Of a stretch of 64,000 bases of DNA, positions 19,248-28,211 are shown piece after piece (within the stretch, counting starts at the first letter, position 1; each line of letters opens with the position of its first letter). Source of the DNA: Saccharofermentans sp. (GTDB taxonomy: Bacteria > Bacillota > Clostridia > Saccharofermentanales > Saccharofermentanaceae). Below the pieces are notes generated by a model. The model had not been told where the DNA came from. It was given only the letters and a program-made list of their open reading frames with translations, and searched no databases. Made by a program: the position numbers and the translations under genes. The stretch is taken from NCBI GenBank assembly GCA_024403655.1, contig JAKSRK010000002.1, forward strand, positions 2,084 to 66,083, written 5' to 3'.

Positions 19248-21502
19248 CAGATATCAAGTCCGATCTGCTTATTCTCAAAGGAATCTTCCTTGATGTAGTA
19301 ACCGATCGCCGGAATTCTTCTGATTCTGTAGTACTCAGGATCATTGATTCCTATTTCAGAGAGACGGGCAATCTCAACAAGCTGTGAGCCTCTCTTGGAT
19401 ACGAGAAGCTGAACACCCTGAGTTGTTCTTGTCGTCTTAAGAGGAATAAGTGAAGCCTGGAATACGGCAGCCTTATTAAGGTCAGATCTTGCAACAAGAT
19501 CCGGATCCTCATCATCTGCAAGCCACATGAAGGATACAGCCTCGGACTTATCCGAGAATGCATTAACAAGCTTCTTTCTGTTGAGCTTCGTCTCATACAC
19601 ATTAACCGGGAACAATGCGGCCTTACCGTTATTAAATCCGATAAGGAATCTTCCCTTATAGTCGGAAGTTACATGCATGAACAAAATCTTCTCGCCATCT
19701 TCAAGCTGAAGTTCACTTCCAAGATAAGAACCGAATTCTGAAGGCTTGGTATCAGCAAACTCATATGTCTTGGCTTTATAAACATTACACTTATCAGAGA
19801 AGAAGAGAATCTCACTCTTGTTCTCGGCTTCGATATCCATGAATATCTCGTCATCGTCCTTAATCTTAAGCTCATTTGAACGATTAAGGCTTGCGGTTGT
19901 AATCTTCTTAAGGTAGCCGTGTCTTGTAAGCATAAGATGAACTCTGTACTCAGGAATATTCTCTGTAGCTACATAAGTCTGTACGCTCTCCTGCATTACA
20001 AGCTCAGATCTTCTGGGTTGTGCATACTTCTTGGAAACATCTTCAAGAGTCTGAGCAATAATCTTGTCGATTCTCTTGGGCTTGGCAAGAATATCTTCTA
20101 TGTCGGCAATATCCTTCTCAAGCTTCTCACGGTCTGAAACCCTGTTGAGAATATACTGCTTATTGATATTACGCAACTTAAGTTCAGCTACATACTCAGC
20201 CTGAATCTTATCAATTCCAAAGCCTGACATAAGGTTAGGAACTACATCTTCCTCAAGTTCAGTATGTCTGATTATGCTGATAGCCTTATCGATATCAAGA
20301 AGGATTTTCTCAAGACCTGAAAGGAGGTGAAGTCTGTCCTTCTTCTTTCCGAGGTCATATCTGTACTCTCTTGCAAGGCACTCTCTTCTCCAGATAAGCC
20401 ACTCGTTGATAATACCCTTAACACCCAATACTCTGGGATAACCGTTAATCAGAATATTAAAGTTACAAGAGAATGTATCCTGAAGCTTGGTAAAGCGGAA
20501 AAGCTTTGTCATAAGAGCTTCATGGTCTGTGCCTCTTTTGCAGTCGATTGTAATCTTAAGACCGTCAAGGTCGGTCTCATCTCTTATATCGTTAATCTCC
20601 TTAGCCTTACCCTGCTTAACGATATCGGCAATATTGTCGATTATCGCATCAGAACTTGTAGAATAAGGAATCTCCGTAATCTCGATAAGGTTATTCTTCT
20701 TATCAACCGTATACTTACTTCTTATTACTATGGAACCTCTACCGGATTCGTAGATATTTCTCATAGCATTTTTATCATAAAGAATCTGTCCGCCGCCGGA
20801 AAAATCTGGTGCGGGCATTACTTCAAGAATATCAAAATCAGGATCTTTAAGATAAGCGATAGTAGCATCACATACCTCTTTCAGATTGAAAGAACAGATA
20901 TTGGATGCCATACCAACGGCAATACCCTGATTGTTGTTAACAAGAACTGACGGGAAAGTAGCAGGAAGAAGTACAGGCTCCTTCAAAGTACCGTCATAGT
21001 TGTCAGCCATATCAACGGCATCCTTATCAATACCCTTGAAAAGCTCCTCACAAATCTTCTCAAGTCGAACTTCAGTATATCTCGATGCAGCATACTGCAT
21101 ATCTCTTGAATACTGCTTACCGAAGTTACCCTTGGAATCTACATAAGGATGAAGAAGTGCTTCATTACCTCTGGTAAGTCTTACCATTGTCTCGTAAATA
21201 GCCTGGTCGCCGTGAGGATTAAGCTTCATGGTCTGACCTACGACATTGGCGGACTTAGTTCTGTTGCCGTTCAAAAGCCCCATCTTATACATCGTATAGA
21301 GAAGCTTTCTGTGTGAAGGCTTAAATCCGTCAATCTCAGGAATAGCACGAGATACGATGACACTCATCGCATAAGGCATGTAGTTAATTTCAAGCGTCTC
21401 AGTAATAGGCTGTACTTCCGGTTCTCTGTCGGGAATGGAATTATCAGTAAGCCTTGCTTTAAGCGAACTGCTGTTTACGTCTTTATCTTTCTTCTTAGGC
21501 AT
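19247..21502 (-). CDS. Type IIA topoisomerase subunit A (GyrA/ParC family; probably the topo IV-like paralog)
   Basis: RAIPEIDGFKP, PHGD, AASRYTE (catalytic Tyr), APDFSGG; divergent C-terminal pinwheel. Confidence 0.9.
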   Translation of the reverse strand: MPKKKDKDVNSSSLKARLTDNSIPDREPEVQPITETLEINYMPYAMSVIVSRAIPEIDGFKPSHRKLLYTMYKMGLLNGNRTKSANVVGQTMKLNPHGDQAIYETMVRLTRGNEALLHPYVDSKGNFGKQYSRDMQYAASRYTEVRLEKICEELFKGIDKDAVDMADNYDGTLKEPVLLPATFPSVLVNNNQGIAVGMASNICSFNLKEVCDATIAYLKDPDFDILEVMPAPDFSGGGQILYDKNAMRNIYESGRGSIVIRSKYTVDKKNNLIEITEIPYSTSSDAIIDNIADIVKQGKAKEINDIRDETDLDGLKITIDCKRGTDHEALMTKLFRFTKLQDTFSCNFNILINGYPRVLGVKGIINEWLIWRRECLAREYRYDLGKKKDRLHLLSGLEKILLDIDKAISIIRHTELEEDVVPNLMSGFGIDKIQAEYVAELKLRNINKQYILNRVSDREKLEKDIADIEDILAKPKRIDKIIAQTLEDVSKKYAQPRRSELVMQESVQTYVATENIPEYRVHLMLTRHGYLKKITTASLNRSNELKIKDDDEIFMDIEAENKSEILFFSDKCNVYKAKTYEFADTKPSEFGSYLGSELQLEDGEKILFMHVTSDYKGRFLIGFNNGKAALFPVNVYETKLNRKKLVNAFSDKSEAVSFMWLADDEDPDLVARSDLNKAAVFQASLIPLKTTRTTQGVQLLVSKRGSQLVEIARLSEIGINDPEYYRIRRIPAIGYYIKEDSFENKQIGLDI

Positions 21503-21526
21503 TTCTAGTAACTCTCTTCTTTATCT

Positions 21527-23524
21527 TTATCCTACATCAAGCATGTCGAGGTAGAGATGTCCGTCTTCTTCGATATGCTGCTTTCTTCCCTGAAGATTAT
21601 CTCCAAGAAGAAGATCGAATATCTCGGAAGTCTTCTTGGCATCTTCGGGAGATACCTTAATAAGACGTCTTGTCTTGGGATTCATGGTTGTCTGCCACAT
21701 CATCTCAGGCTCATTCTCACCAAGACCCTTGGATCTTTGAAGAGTGATATTGGCATTCTCACCGAGCTTTGCAAGTATCTCAACCTTCTCCTTCTCATTA
21801 AAGGCGAAGTAAGTCTCTTCTCCTGCATTCTTCCCCTTCTTATGCAAAGTAATCTCAAAAAGAGGAGACTCGGCTATATATACGTAGCCCTTCTCAATCA
21901 GAGTGGGCATAAGGCGATAAATCATCGCAAGTATGAGCGTTCTGATCTGGAATCCGTCGACATCGGCATCGGTACAGATTACAACCTTATTCCATCTCAG
22001 CATATCAAGGTTAAAGGCACTCATGTCCTTACTGTGCTTATTGGAAATCTCAACACCGCAGCCCAGTACCTTAACAAGATCAGTAATGATCTCACTCTTA
22101 AATATTGTCGCATAATCAGCCTTAAGACAGTTTAGTATCTTACCTCTGACGGGCATTACTCCCTGGAATTCGGCATCTCTTCCGAGCTTAACGGAACCCA
22201 AAGCGGAATCACCCTCTACTATGTAAAGCTCACGCTTATCTGTATCCTTGGATCTGCAGTCTACGAACTTCTTGATTCTGTTATTGATATCAATCTTACC
22301 TGAGAGCTGCTTCTTGATATTGATTCTGGTCTTCTCTGCATTCTCACGTGATCTCTTATTAACAAGAACCTGCTCGACAACCTTATCACCAAGAGCCTTA
22401 TTCTCAATAAACCATATCTCAAGATGCTTTCTGATAAGATCAGTCATGAATTCCTGAATGAACTTGTTATTAATAGCTTTCTTGGTCTGATTCTCATAAG
22501 AAGTCTGAGTAGAGAAGGTACTCGAGATAAGAATAAGAGAGTCCTGAACATCCTCGAACTTAATCTTGGATTCGTTGGACTTATACTTGTCTCTTGCCTT
22601 AATCTGCTTATCTATCTCACTTACAAAAGCACTCTTAACAGCCTTATCGGGAGATCCTCCGTGCTCAAGGAAGCTGGAGTTATGGAAATACTGAAGATCG
22701 TTTACAGTATTATTAAAGCAGAATGCAACCTCAGCCTTTACCTTATAAATAGGACGATCCTCTGCATCACGTCCCTTCTCCTCACCGTCAAAGTAGTAAG
22801 TCTCGGTAAAGCCCTTCATGTCATTTAATTCATCGCAGTATCCCTTAATACCATCCGGGCAGAAGAAAGATTCTTCAGAACCGCTTATCTCATCCTTAAG
22901 GATAAATTCAATACCGCCGTTAACAACGGACTGCTTCTTAACGATATCCTGAAGCCTTTCGAAAGGAATAACGGTGTCGGTAAATACCTCAGGGTCGGGC
23001 TTCCATCTCTGGATAGTACCCGTTCTGTTGAATCTGTAGGGTTCCTTTATAAGCTCGCCTACAGGCTCACCCTTCTTAAAGGAAAGTGAATACTTTGTCT
23101 TATCACGCATAACAGTTACTTCGAAGAATTCAGAAGAATACTGTGTAGCGCAGGCACCAAGACCGTTAAGACCAAGTGAATACTCGTAGTCACCGAGGGA
23201 ATTATTGTCGTACTTGGCACCGGCATAAAGCTCGCAGTAAACAAGCTCCCAGTTGTATCTCTCTTCCTTGGGATTGTAGTCCAAGGGTATTCCTCGACCG
23301 AAGTCCTCTACCTGTAAAGAACCGTCCTTGAACCTTGTTACTATAATCTGCTTACCGTGGCCTTCTCTCGCCTCATCTATAGAATTCGAAAGGATCTCGA
23401 AGAAAGAATGAATACATCCTTCAAGATCGTCGGAGCCGAAGATAACCGCAGGTCTCTTTCTGACTCTGTCAGCACCTTTAAGCATTGATATACTGTCGTT
23501 GCCGTAATCTGACTTTCTTGCCAT
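21527..23524 (-). CDS. Type IIA topoisomerase subunit B (GyrB/ParE family)
   Basis: VRKRP, EILSNSIDE, DFGRGIP, EGDSA, RGKILN, TDADVDG, KGLGE. Confidence 0.92.
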   Translation of the reverse strand: MARKSDYGNDSISMLKGADRVRKRPAVIFGSDDLEGCIHSFFEILSNSIDEAREGHGKQIIVTRFKDGSLQVEDFGRGIPLDYNPKEERYNWELVYCELYAGAKYDNNSLGDYEYSLGLNGLGACATQYSSEFFEVTVMRDKTKYSLSFKKGEPVGELIKEPYRFNRTGTIQRWKPDPEVFTDTVIPFERLQDIVKKQSVVNGGIEFILKDEISGSEESFFCPDGIKGYCDELNDMKGFTETYYFDGEEKGRDAEDRPIYKVKAEVAFCFNNTVNDLQYFHNSSFLEHGGSPDKAVKSAFVSEIDKQIKARDKYKSNESKIKFEDVQDSLILISSTFSTQTSYENQTKKAINNKFIQEFMTDLIRKHLEIWFIENKALGDKVVEQVLVNKRSRENAEKTRINIKKQLSGKIDINNRIKKFVDCRSKDTDKRELYIVEGDSALGSVKLGRDAEFQGVMPVRGKILNCLKADYATIFKSEIITDLVKVLGCGVEISNKHSKDMSAFNLDMLRWNKVVICTDADVDGFQIRTLILAMIYRLMPTLIEKGYVYIAESPLFEITLHKKGKNAGEETYFAFNEKEKVEILAKLGENANITLQRSKGLGENEPEMMWQTTMNPKTRRLIKVSPEDAKKTSEIFDLLLGDNLQGRKQHIEEDGHLYLDMLDVG

Positions 23525-23659
23525 AATTACCCCCATATTTACTTATACGTCATTGTATTATAACAATAGCTTGTGTTAAATCAAAAACGAAGATTTGTTC
23601 GTAATATGCACAAAAATCAAGGCTGCGGACAAATAAAAACCACAGCCTTAATCAATTAA

Positions 23660-24922
23660 TCAAGTTCTGTAACTGCCGTTAATCTTTACATAATCATAAG
23701 AGAAGTCGCATGTGAACATTCTGTCATAAGCATCTCCCTCATGAAGAGTAATAGATACATAGATCTCATCTCTCTTAAGTCTCTCAAGAGCTTCATCCTC
23801 ATCGAAAGGAAGAGCAACGCCGTCCTTGTATACTTCAAGGCCGCTTAAAGAGATATCTACCTTCTCAGGATCAAACTGAGCTCCGGAATATCCTACAGCA
23901 GTAAGAATTCTTCCGCAGTTAGCATCCATTCCGAAGAAAGCTGTCTTACAAAGAGGGGATCTTGCTACAGCTGTAACGATAAGCTTTGCATCGTCAGCAT
24001 CCTTAGCTCCGTTAACTTCAATCTCAACGAACTTTGTAGCACCCTCACCGTCTGCAGCAAGCATCCTGGCGATATCGTAAGCAAGACTCTCAAGAGCCTC
24101 CTCAAAGATCTGAAGATCCTCAGAATCCTTATCAATCTTTGCTCCGGATGCTCCGTTAGCCATGATTACTACCATATCACAAACGGAAGTATCGCCATCT
24201 ACACTAACTCTGTTGAAAGTATGTGCAACCGCCTTCTTAAGGCTGTTCTGAAGAATATCCTTATCGATATCTGCATCTGTTGTAAAAATACCGATCATGG
24301 TAGCAAGGTTGGGATGAATCATTCCGGATCCCTTTGCCATACCAGCAATAGTAATCTCCTGACCATTCTGAAGAGTAATTCTTGCTGCTACTTCCTTGGG
24401 AACAGTATCAGTAGTCATCATTGCATACTCAGCATAGTGAGATGTCTTGGCTTCATTAGTAAGTCCGTCAACAAGTTCAGGAACCTTGGCAATAATCTTC
24501 TCAGAAGGAAGTCTTGTTCCGATAACACCTGTTGAAGCAGTAAGCACTTCATCAGAACTGCATCCGAGCTTGGAAGCTACAGCCTTTGCAACTTCTTCAG
24601 CATCCTCTTCACCTACCTTACCGACAGCAGCATTTGCATTCTTGCTGTTGACGATCATGGCACGCATCTTGCCGCCCATATCAATCTTCTTAATACTTCT
24701 TGTAAGAGAATGACCCTTAACAAGGTTAGATGTATATACACCTGCAACTGTAGCAGGAACATCAGACTCAACGAGAGCCACATCAAGTACAAGTGACTTC
24801 TCGAGATCGGGATTTACATTAGCAGCATTAGACTTAAGACCTGCAACAACACCGTTTGCCTTAAAGCCCTTAGGTAATGCGATATAAGCTTCTTCAATAA
24901 GATTGATTTCTTTGTTGTCCAT
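23660..24922 (-). CDS. argJ: Bifunctional ornithine acetyltransferase/N-acetylglutamate synthase
   Basis: ASTGVIG, MMTTDT, KGSGMIHPNLATM, DGDTS, DGEGATK, DANCGR, YVKINGSYRT. Confidence 0.95.
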   Translation of the reverse strand: MDNKEINLIEEAYIALPKGFKANGVVAGLKSNAANVNPDLEKSLVLDVALVESDVPATVAGVYTSNLVKGHSLTRSIKKIDMGGKMRAMIVNSKNANAAVGKVGEEDAEEVAKAVASKLGCSSDEVLTASTGVIGTRLPSEKIIAKVPELVDGLTNEAKTSHYAEYAMMTTDTVPKEVAARITLQNGQEITIAGMAKGSGMIHPNLATMIGIFTTDADIDKDILQNSLKKAVAHTFNRVSVDGDTSVCDMVVIMANGASGAKIDKDSEDLQIFEEALESLAYDIARMLAADGEGATKFVEIEVNGAKDADDAKLIVTAVARSPLCKTAFFGMDANCGRILTAVGYSGAQFDPEKVDISLSGLEVYKDGVALPFDEDEALERLKRDEIYVSITLHEGDAYDRMFTCDFSYDYVKINGSYRT

Positions 24923-25038
24923 AATTAACCGCCCAATACATATAATTATTGTTCGCTCTATTCTACTATTCGAACATCTCTTTTTCAAACCAATATATGG
25001 ACATAAAAAAACACCGGATTCTATCCGGTGTTACTTTC

Positions 25039-25115
25039 TGGTGAGCCATGGGGGACTCGAACCTCCGACCCACAGCTTAGAAGGCTGTTGCTCTATCCAG
25101 CTGAGCTAATGACCC
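25039..25115 (-). tRNA. tRNA-Arg(TCT)
   Basis: Reverse complement folds as a cloverleaf; anticodon loop CTTCTAA; GTTCGAG T-loop; ends in CCA. Confidence 0.95.
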
Positions 25116-25121
25116 AAAAAG

Positions 25122-25195
25122 TGGAGCGGGTGATGGGAATCGAACCCACGTGGTCAGTTTGGAAGACTGAAGTTCTACCATTGAACTACACCCGC
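25122..25195 (-). tRNA. tRNA-Gly(TCC)
   Basis: GCGGGTG/CACCCGC acceptor stem, loop CTTCCAA, ends TCCA. Confidence 0.95.
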
Positions 25196-25236
25196 ATATT
25201 GCACTCCGTGTATGCGTCTTTTTCAAACGCCTAAGT

Positions 25237-25265
25237 ATAATACACTAAGAGCGATTACATGTCTA
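25237..25265 (-). promoter_or_regulatory. Sigma-A promoter of the tRNA-Gly/Arg pair
   Basis: TAGACA-17 bp-TATTAT on the minus strand. Confidence 0.65.
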
Positions 25266-25349
25266 GAAGTATTTTCAAAAATATTTCGATATTTTTTATG
25301 TCATGCACCGAGGGCCTGATATCGCTATATTCAGAACACTTCCCAGCCC

Positions 25350-25790
25350 TTAAGCAGACTGTGTATCAGTAAGATAAGTACCTGAGATATAGAAACCGTC
25401 AGATGTCTTATACCAACCGTCACTTGTAACTGCTACAACAACTACAGGCTGATTTCTTGACAATGTTCCAACTATTTCATAATCAACACTCGGGCCGCTT
25501 CTGATTCTTAAGAACTCACCTGCTGTAACTCCCGCATACTTTGTTGTAGGAGAATCGAACTCAGTCTCTGACCATGTAACACTGATAGTGTTGCTCTCAA
25601 GAGGACCTGACCATACAGGGATTGAAGAAGTTGTAGCCGCTGTAGTCTCAACAGGGATAGGTGTAGGAGCTGCATCTGTCTCCTCTGAAGGCTTAGCATC
25701 CTTCTTCTTTTTACCGCAGGCAGCCATGCTCATAAGCATAACAGCTGCAAGTGATATACAAAGTATCTTAGTGATAGTATTTCTCTTCAT
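25350..25790 (-). CDS. Lipoprotein with C-terminal SH3b domain
   Basis: Lipobox MAAC; LRIRSGPS..YEIVGTL..DGWY..GFYISGTYL. Confidence 0.8.
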   Translation of the reverse strand: MKRNTITKILCISLAAVMLMSMAACGKKKKDAKPSEETDAAPTPIPVETTAATTSSIPVWSGPLESNTISVTWSETEFDSPTTKYAGVTAGEFLRIRSGPSVDYEIVGTLSRNQPVVVVAVTSDGWYKTSDGFYISGTYLTDTQSA

Positions 25791-25862
25791 TGTGACCTCC
25801 AACAGATCAACTCACATATATTTACATCTAATTATCGCATAAAAATTTTTTCAATCAAATAT

Positions 25863-26456
25863 TTATCGTAAAGAGTCTTCTAATATATAAAACGATACGT
25901 GATCTCTCCACTTCCCGTTTATATGCATATACGATTTACGAAGTCCCTCTTCTGTAAAGCCGGCCTTCCTTATAAGGTTTAATGATCTCTCATTCTCCGG
26001 AAGGATAAAAGCTTCTATTCTGTGCATCTTAAGTTCTTTTACAAGGAGAGAACATGCCGCCAGTAAAGCTTCCTTCATATAACCGTTACCGGTATAGTCT
26101 TTATCCAGATGGTAACCTACTGCACAACTCATCATGCCTCCGTAAGCAATATTGAAGAAAGACACCCTTCCAATCACTTTATCCGGATTATCTTTAAGAC
26201 TTATCCATAAAGGCACTACTCTTCCCGCCTTATATTCGGCTTCGTCATAGCGCATATACCGTTTTTGTGTTTTAAGCTGATAGTAATTGTCATTATGAGT
26301 CTGACTCCACTGCTGGTGAAAGTTTTTATTCCTTACAAAATAATCCGTTACTTCAGGAGCACAACTCTTCTTAAGCACCGCTAAACGGAGCCTGTCAGTT
26401 ACTATTGCAAACAATTCCTTACCGGGTCTGTTAAAGTCTATTTCGTACATATTCAT
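25863..26456 (-). CDS. RimJ/RimL-type GNAT N-acetyltransferase
   Basis: VGYHLD..YTGNGYMKEAL, RIEAFILPENERS, GFTEEG..YMHINGKWRDH. Confidence 0.88.
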   Translation of the reverse strand: MNMYEIDFNRPGKELFAIVTDRLRLAVLKKSCAPEVTDYFVRNKNFHQQWSQTHNDNYYQLKTQKRYMRYDEAEYKAGRVVPLWISLKDNPDKVIGRVSFFNIAYGGMMSCAVGYHLDKDYTGNGYMKEALLAACSLLVKELKMHRIEAFILPENERSLNLIRKAGFTEEGLRKSYMHINGKWRDHVSFYILEDSLR

Positions 26457-26486
26457 AGTATTGCACTTAATTTCTGAAAAATAAAC

Positions 26487-26515
26487 TTGACTTTAACTTC
26501 CCTTACCCATATAAT
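26487..26515 (+). promoter_or_regulatory. Near-consensus sigma-A promoter of the His-Gln-Lys tRNA operon
   Basis: TTGACT-17 bp-TATAAT. Confidence 0.8.
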
Positions 26516-26561
26516 CTTTCATGCTGAGCGGGTAAAGCCCGATGCTTATCACTTGTATCAT

Positions 26562-26639
26562 GGTGGGATTAGTTCAGTTGGTTAGAGCGCCAGTTTGTGG
26601 CACTGGAAGTCATGGGTTCGAATCCCATATCCCACCCCA
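26562..26639 (+). tRNA. tRNA-His(GTG)
   Basis: G-1 plus GTGGGAT/ATCCCAC stem, C73, anticodon GTG, CCA. Confidence 0.95.
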
Positions 26640-26676
26640 CTTTTTTCTTACCCTAACAAGGACTTGTTTTTGTCAC

Positions 26677-26751
26677 TGGGGTGTAGCCAAGGGGTAAGGC
26701 ACGGGTCTTTGACTCCCGCACTCGTAGGTTCAAATCCTGCCACCCCAGCCA
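26677..26751 (+). tRNA. tRNA-Gln(TTG)
   Basis: TGGGGTG/CACCCCA stem, loop CTTTGAC, CCA. Confidence 0.94.
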
Positions 26752-26754
26752 TAT

Positions 26755-26830
26755 GATCCATTAGCTCAGTCGGTAGAGCACTTGACTTTTAATCAAGGGG
26801 CCTGGGGTTCGAACCCCCAATGGGTCACCA
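26755..26830 (+). tRNA. tRNA-Lys(TTT), ICE integration target
   Basis: Cloverleaf with loop CTTTTAA; ends ACCA. Confidence 0.95.
26783..26830 (+). repeat. attL: 48-bp direct repeat (3' half of tRNA-Lys)
   Basis: TGACTTTTAATCAAGGGGCCTGGGGTTCGAACCCCCAATGGGTCACCA, identical at 62775-62822. Confidence 0.95.
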
Positions 26831-26839
26831 CACTTATGT

Positions 26840-26863
26840 ACAGCGTCCGATGGGCGCTGTTTT
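26840..26863. terminator. ICE-supplied terminator between tRNA-Lys and the integrase
   Basis: ACAGCGTCC / GGGCGCTGT stem plus T tract. Confidence 0.65.
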
Positions 26864-26870
26864 AACATCT

Positions 26871-28037
26871 TTATTTCACATCTTCCAGAACACCGTTAAT
26901 TGCCTCTAGCAACCTTTTACCTGATTCTGTAGCTAATAATTTTTCAAGATTCGCCAGAGATTCATTTGAATTCTCTTTCAAATTAATTTTAGCATTCTTG
27001 TTATTATTGTAAAAACTTTCTTCAATTAAATCAGCATTATTCATTCGATCTTCATCGATAATACGTGAATAAACATCAGTAATCATCTTAATTGTCGCAT
27101 GTCCTGAATCACCTTGAACCGCCTTAAGATTACCGTTAGTGAGTTTCAACTTGTATGTTACACTTGTATGCCGTAAAGAATGAAAACATACTTTAGGAAG
27201 ATTATTCTCTTGAATAAACATTTGAAACAATTTGGATATTCTTCTCGGTTCAATCGGTGTTCCGGTTCTAGAGCAAAAAACTAAATTGTTATCCTCGAAA
27301 TTCACATTGGACTTCTTATAGTTCCCGAGAATTTCATAATGTTCTCTTAGCATCCCAACCAAAGTATTAGGAATATATACCTTCCTTACACTAGATTCAG
27401 TCTTAGGTTTTTTCATAACAAGAATAGATTTACTATTTTTAGTTTTCTGGCTAAAAATTTTATATACATCTCTTCCGTTAAGTTCATAGTATGCTTCCAT
27501 CTCTACTCGCTGCAAAATTCTATCTATATAGAGATATGGTCTATTTGTGTTCAAGTAAACTCTATCCCACTCTAGTGCCAGTATTTCTCCAAGTCTTAAA
27601 GTAGATGAAAAAGCAATATTCATTGCAAGTTTTAAGTTTGGATCCATGCAGAGTTCATTTGCTTCCTTAAGAACATCAATAGTCCAAATATCACGTGGTT
27701 TTAATTGTTCTTTAGGTCGAATTGCATTTTCGACAGGATTCTCCTTTATAAGCTTCCAAATCAATGCTCTCTTGAAAGCACTGTTAAGAAGTTTATGAAT
27801 CAACTTAATTGTATTAGGAGAACAGTTCTCTCTTAGCTGAGATGGAGATGGTACATCAAGCAATTTAACATAAAACTCTTCAATGAATTTTGTAGTTACT
27901 TTCTCAATTTGCTCTTCACCGATATAAGGCTTTATGTACGTTCTGTAGTGCCTTAAATTCAAAGAATAGGTTGAATATGTCCAAATTGATTTTCCGTAGA
28001 TTTCTATAAAATCATAAAGTAGTTCATTAATAGTCAT
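26871..28037 (-). CDS. int: Tyrosine recombinase/integrase
   Basis: LRLGEI (Arg I), KPKT, FHSLRH (HxxR), GH, DVY (catalytic Tyr); abuts attL. Confidence 0.93.
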   Translation of the reverse strand: MTINELLYDFIEIYGKSIWTYSTYSLNLRHYRTYIKPYIGEEQIEKVTTKFIEEFYVKLLDVPSPSQLRENCSPNTIKLIHKLLNSAFKRALIWKLIKENPVENAIRPKEQLKPRDIWTIDVLKEANELCMDPNLKLAMNIAFSSTLRLGEILALEWDRVYLNTNRPYLYIDRILQRVEMEAYYELNGRDVYKIFSQKTKNSKSILVMKKPKTESSVRKVYIPNTLVGMLREHYEILGNYKKSNVNFEDNNLVFCSRTGTPIEPRRISKLFQMFIQENNLPKVCFHSLRHTSVTYKLKLTNGNLKAVQGDSGHATIKMITDVYSRIIDEDRMNNADLIEESFYNNNKNAKINLKENSNESLANLEKLLATESGKRLLEAINGVLEDVK

Positions 28038-28143
28038 GTTAGTTATTACCTTTGCGTTTTTGTGAAAATAACTTACTGAGATAAATGATTCAAGGATGGA
28101 AAATTATTCTTGCATCCTTGACAATCACTGAAAAATAAGCATC

Positions 28144-28211
28144 TAACTTCGTTAGGATTCGAACCTAAAGCTCCGAACAATTCAGATATGTTGCCTTTAC
28201 ACCACGAAGTT
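28144..28211 (-). ncRNA. tRNA-like cloverleaf (pseudo-tRNA) with shortened anticodon loop and no encoded CCA
   Basis: AACTTCG-TG-GTGT AAAGGCA ACAT-A-TCTGA ATTGT TCGGA-GCT-TTAGG TTCGAAT CCTAA-CGAAGTT-A, folded by hand. Confidence 0.75.

Noticed and set aside
660-24713. Numerous plus-strand and nested 60-200 aa ORFs over housekeeping genes (e.g. 5032-5634, 20327-20950, 21557-22135)
   Set aside because: Shadow frames of well-supported minus-strand genes, with no motifs or SDs.
24903-25234. ORFs 24903-25109 and 25028-25234
   Set aside because: They are antisense translations of tRNA-Arg and tRNA-Gly.
28144-28211. Functional tRNA-Gln(TTG)
   Set aside because: TTG is centred only with a 4-bp stem and an AAUUGUU loop lacking U33 context; the variable loop is too short and there is no CCA. 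Reported as tRNA-like instead.
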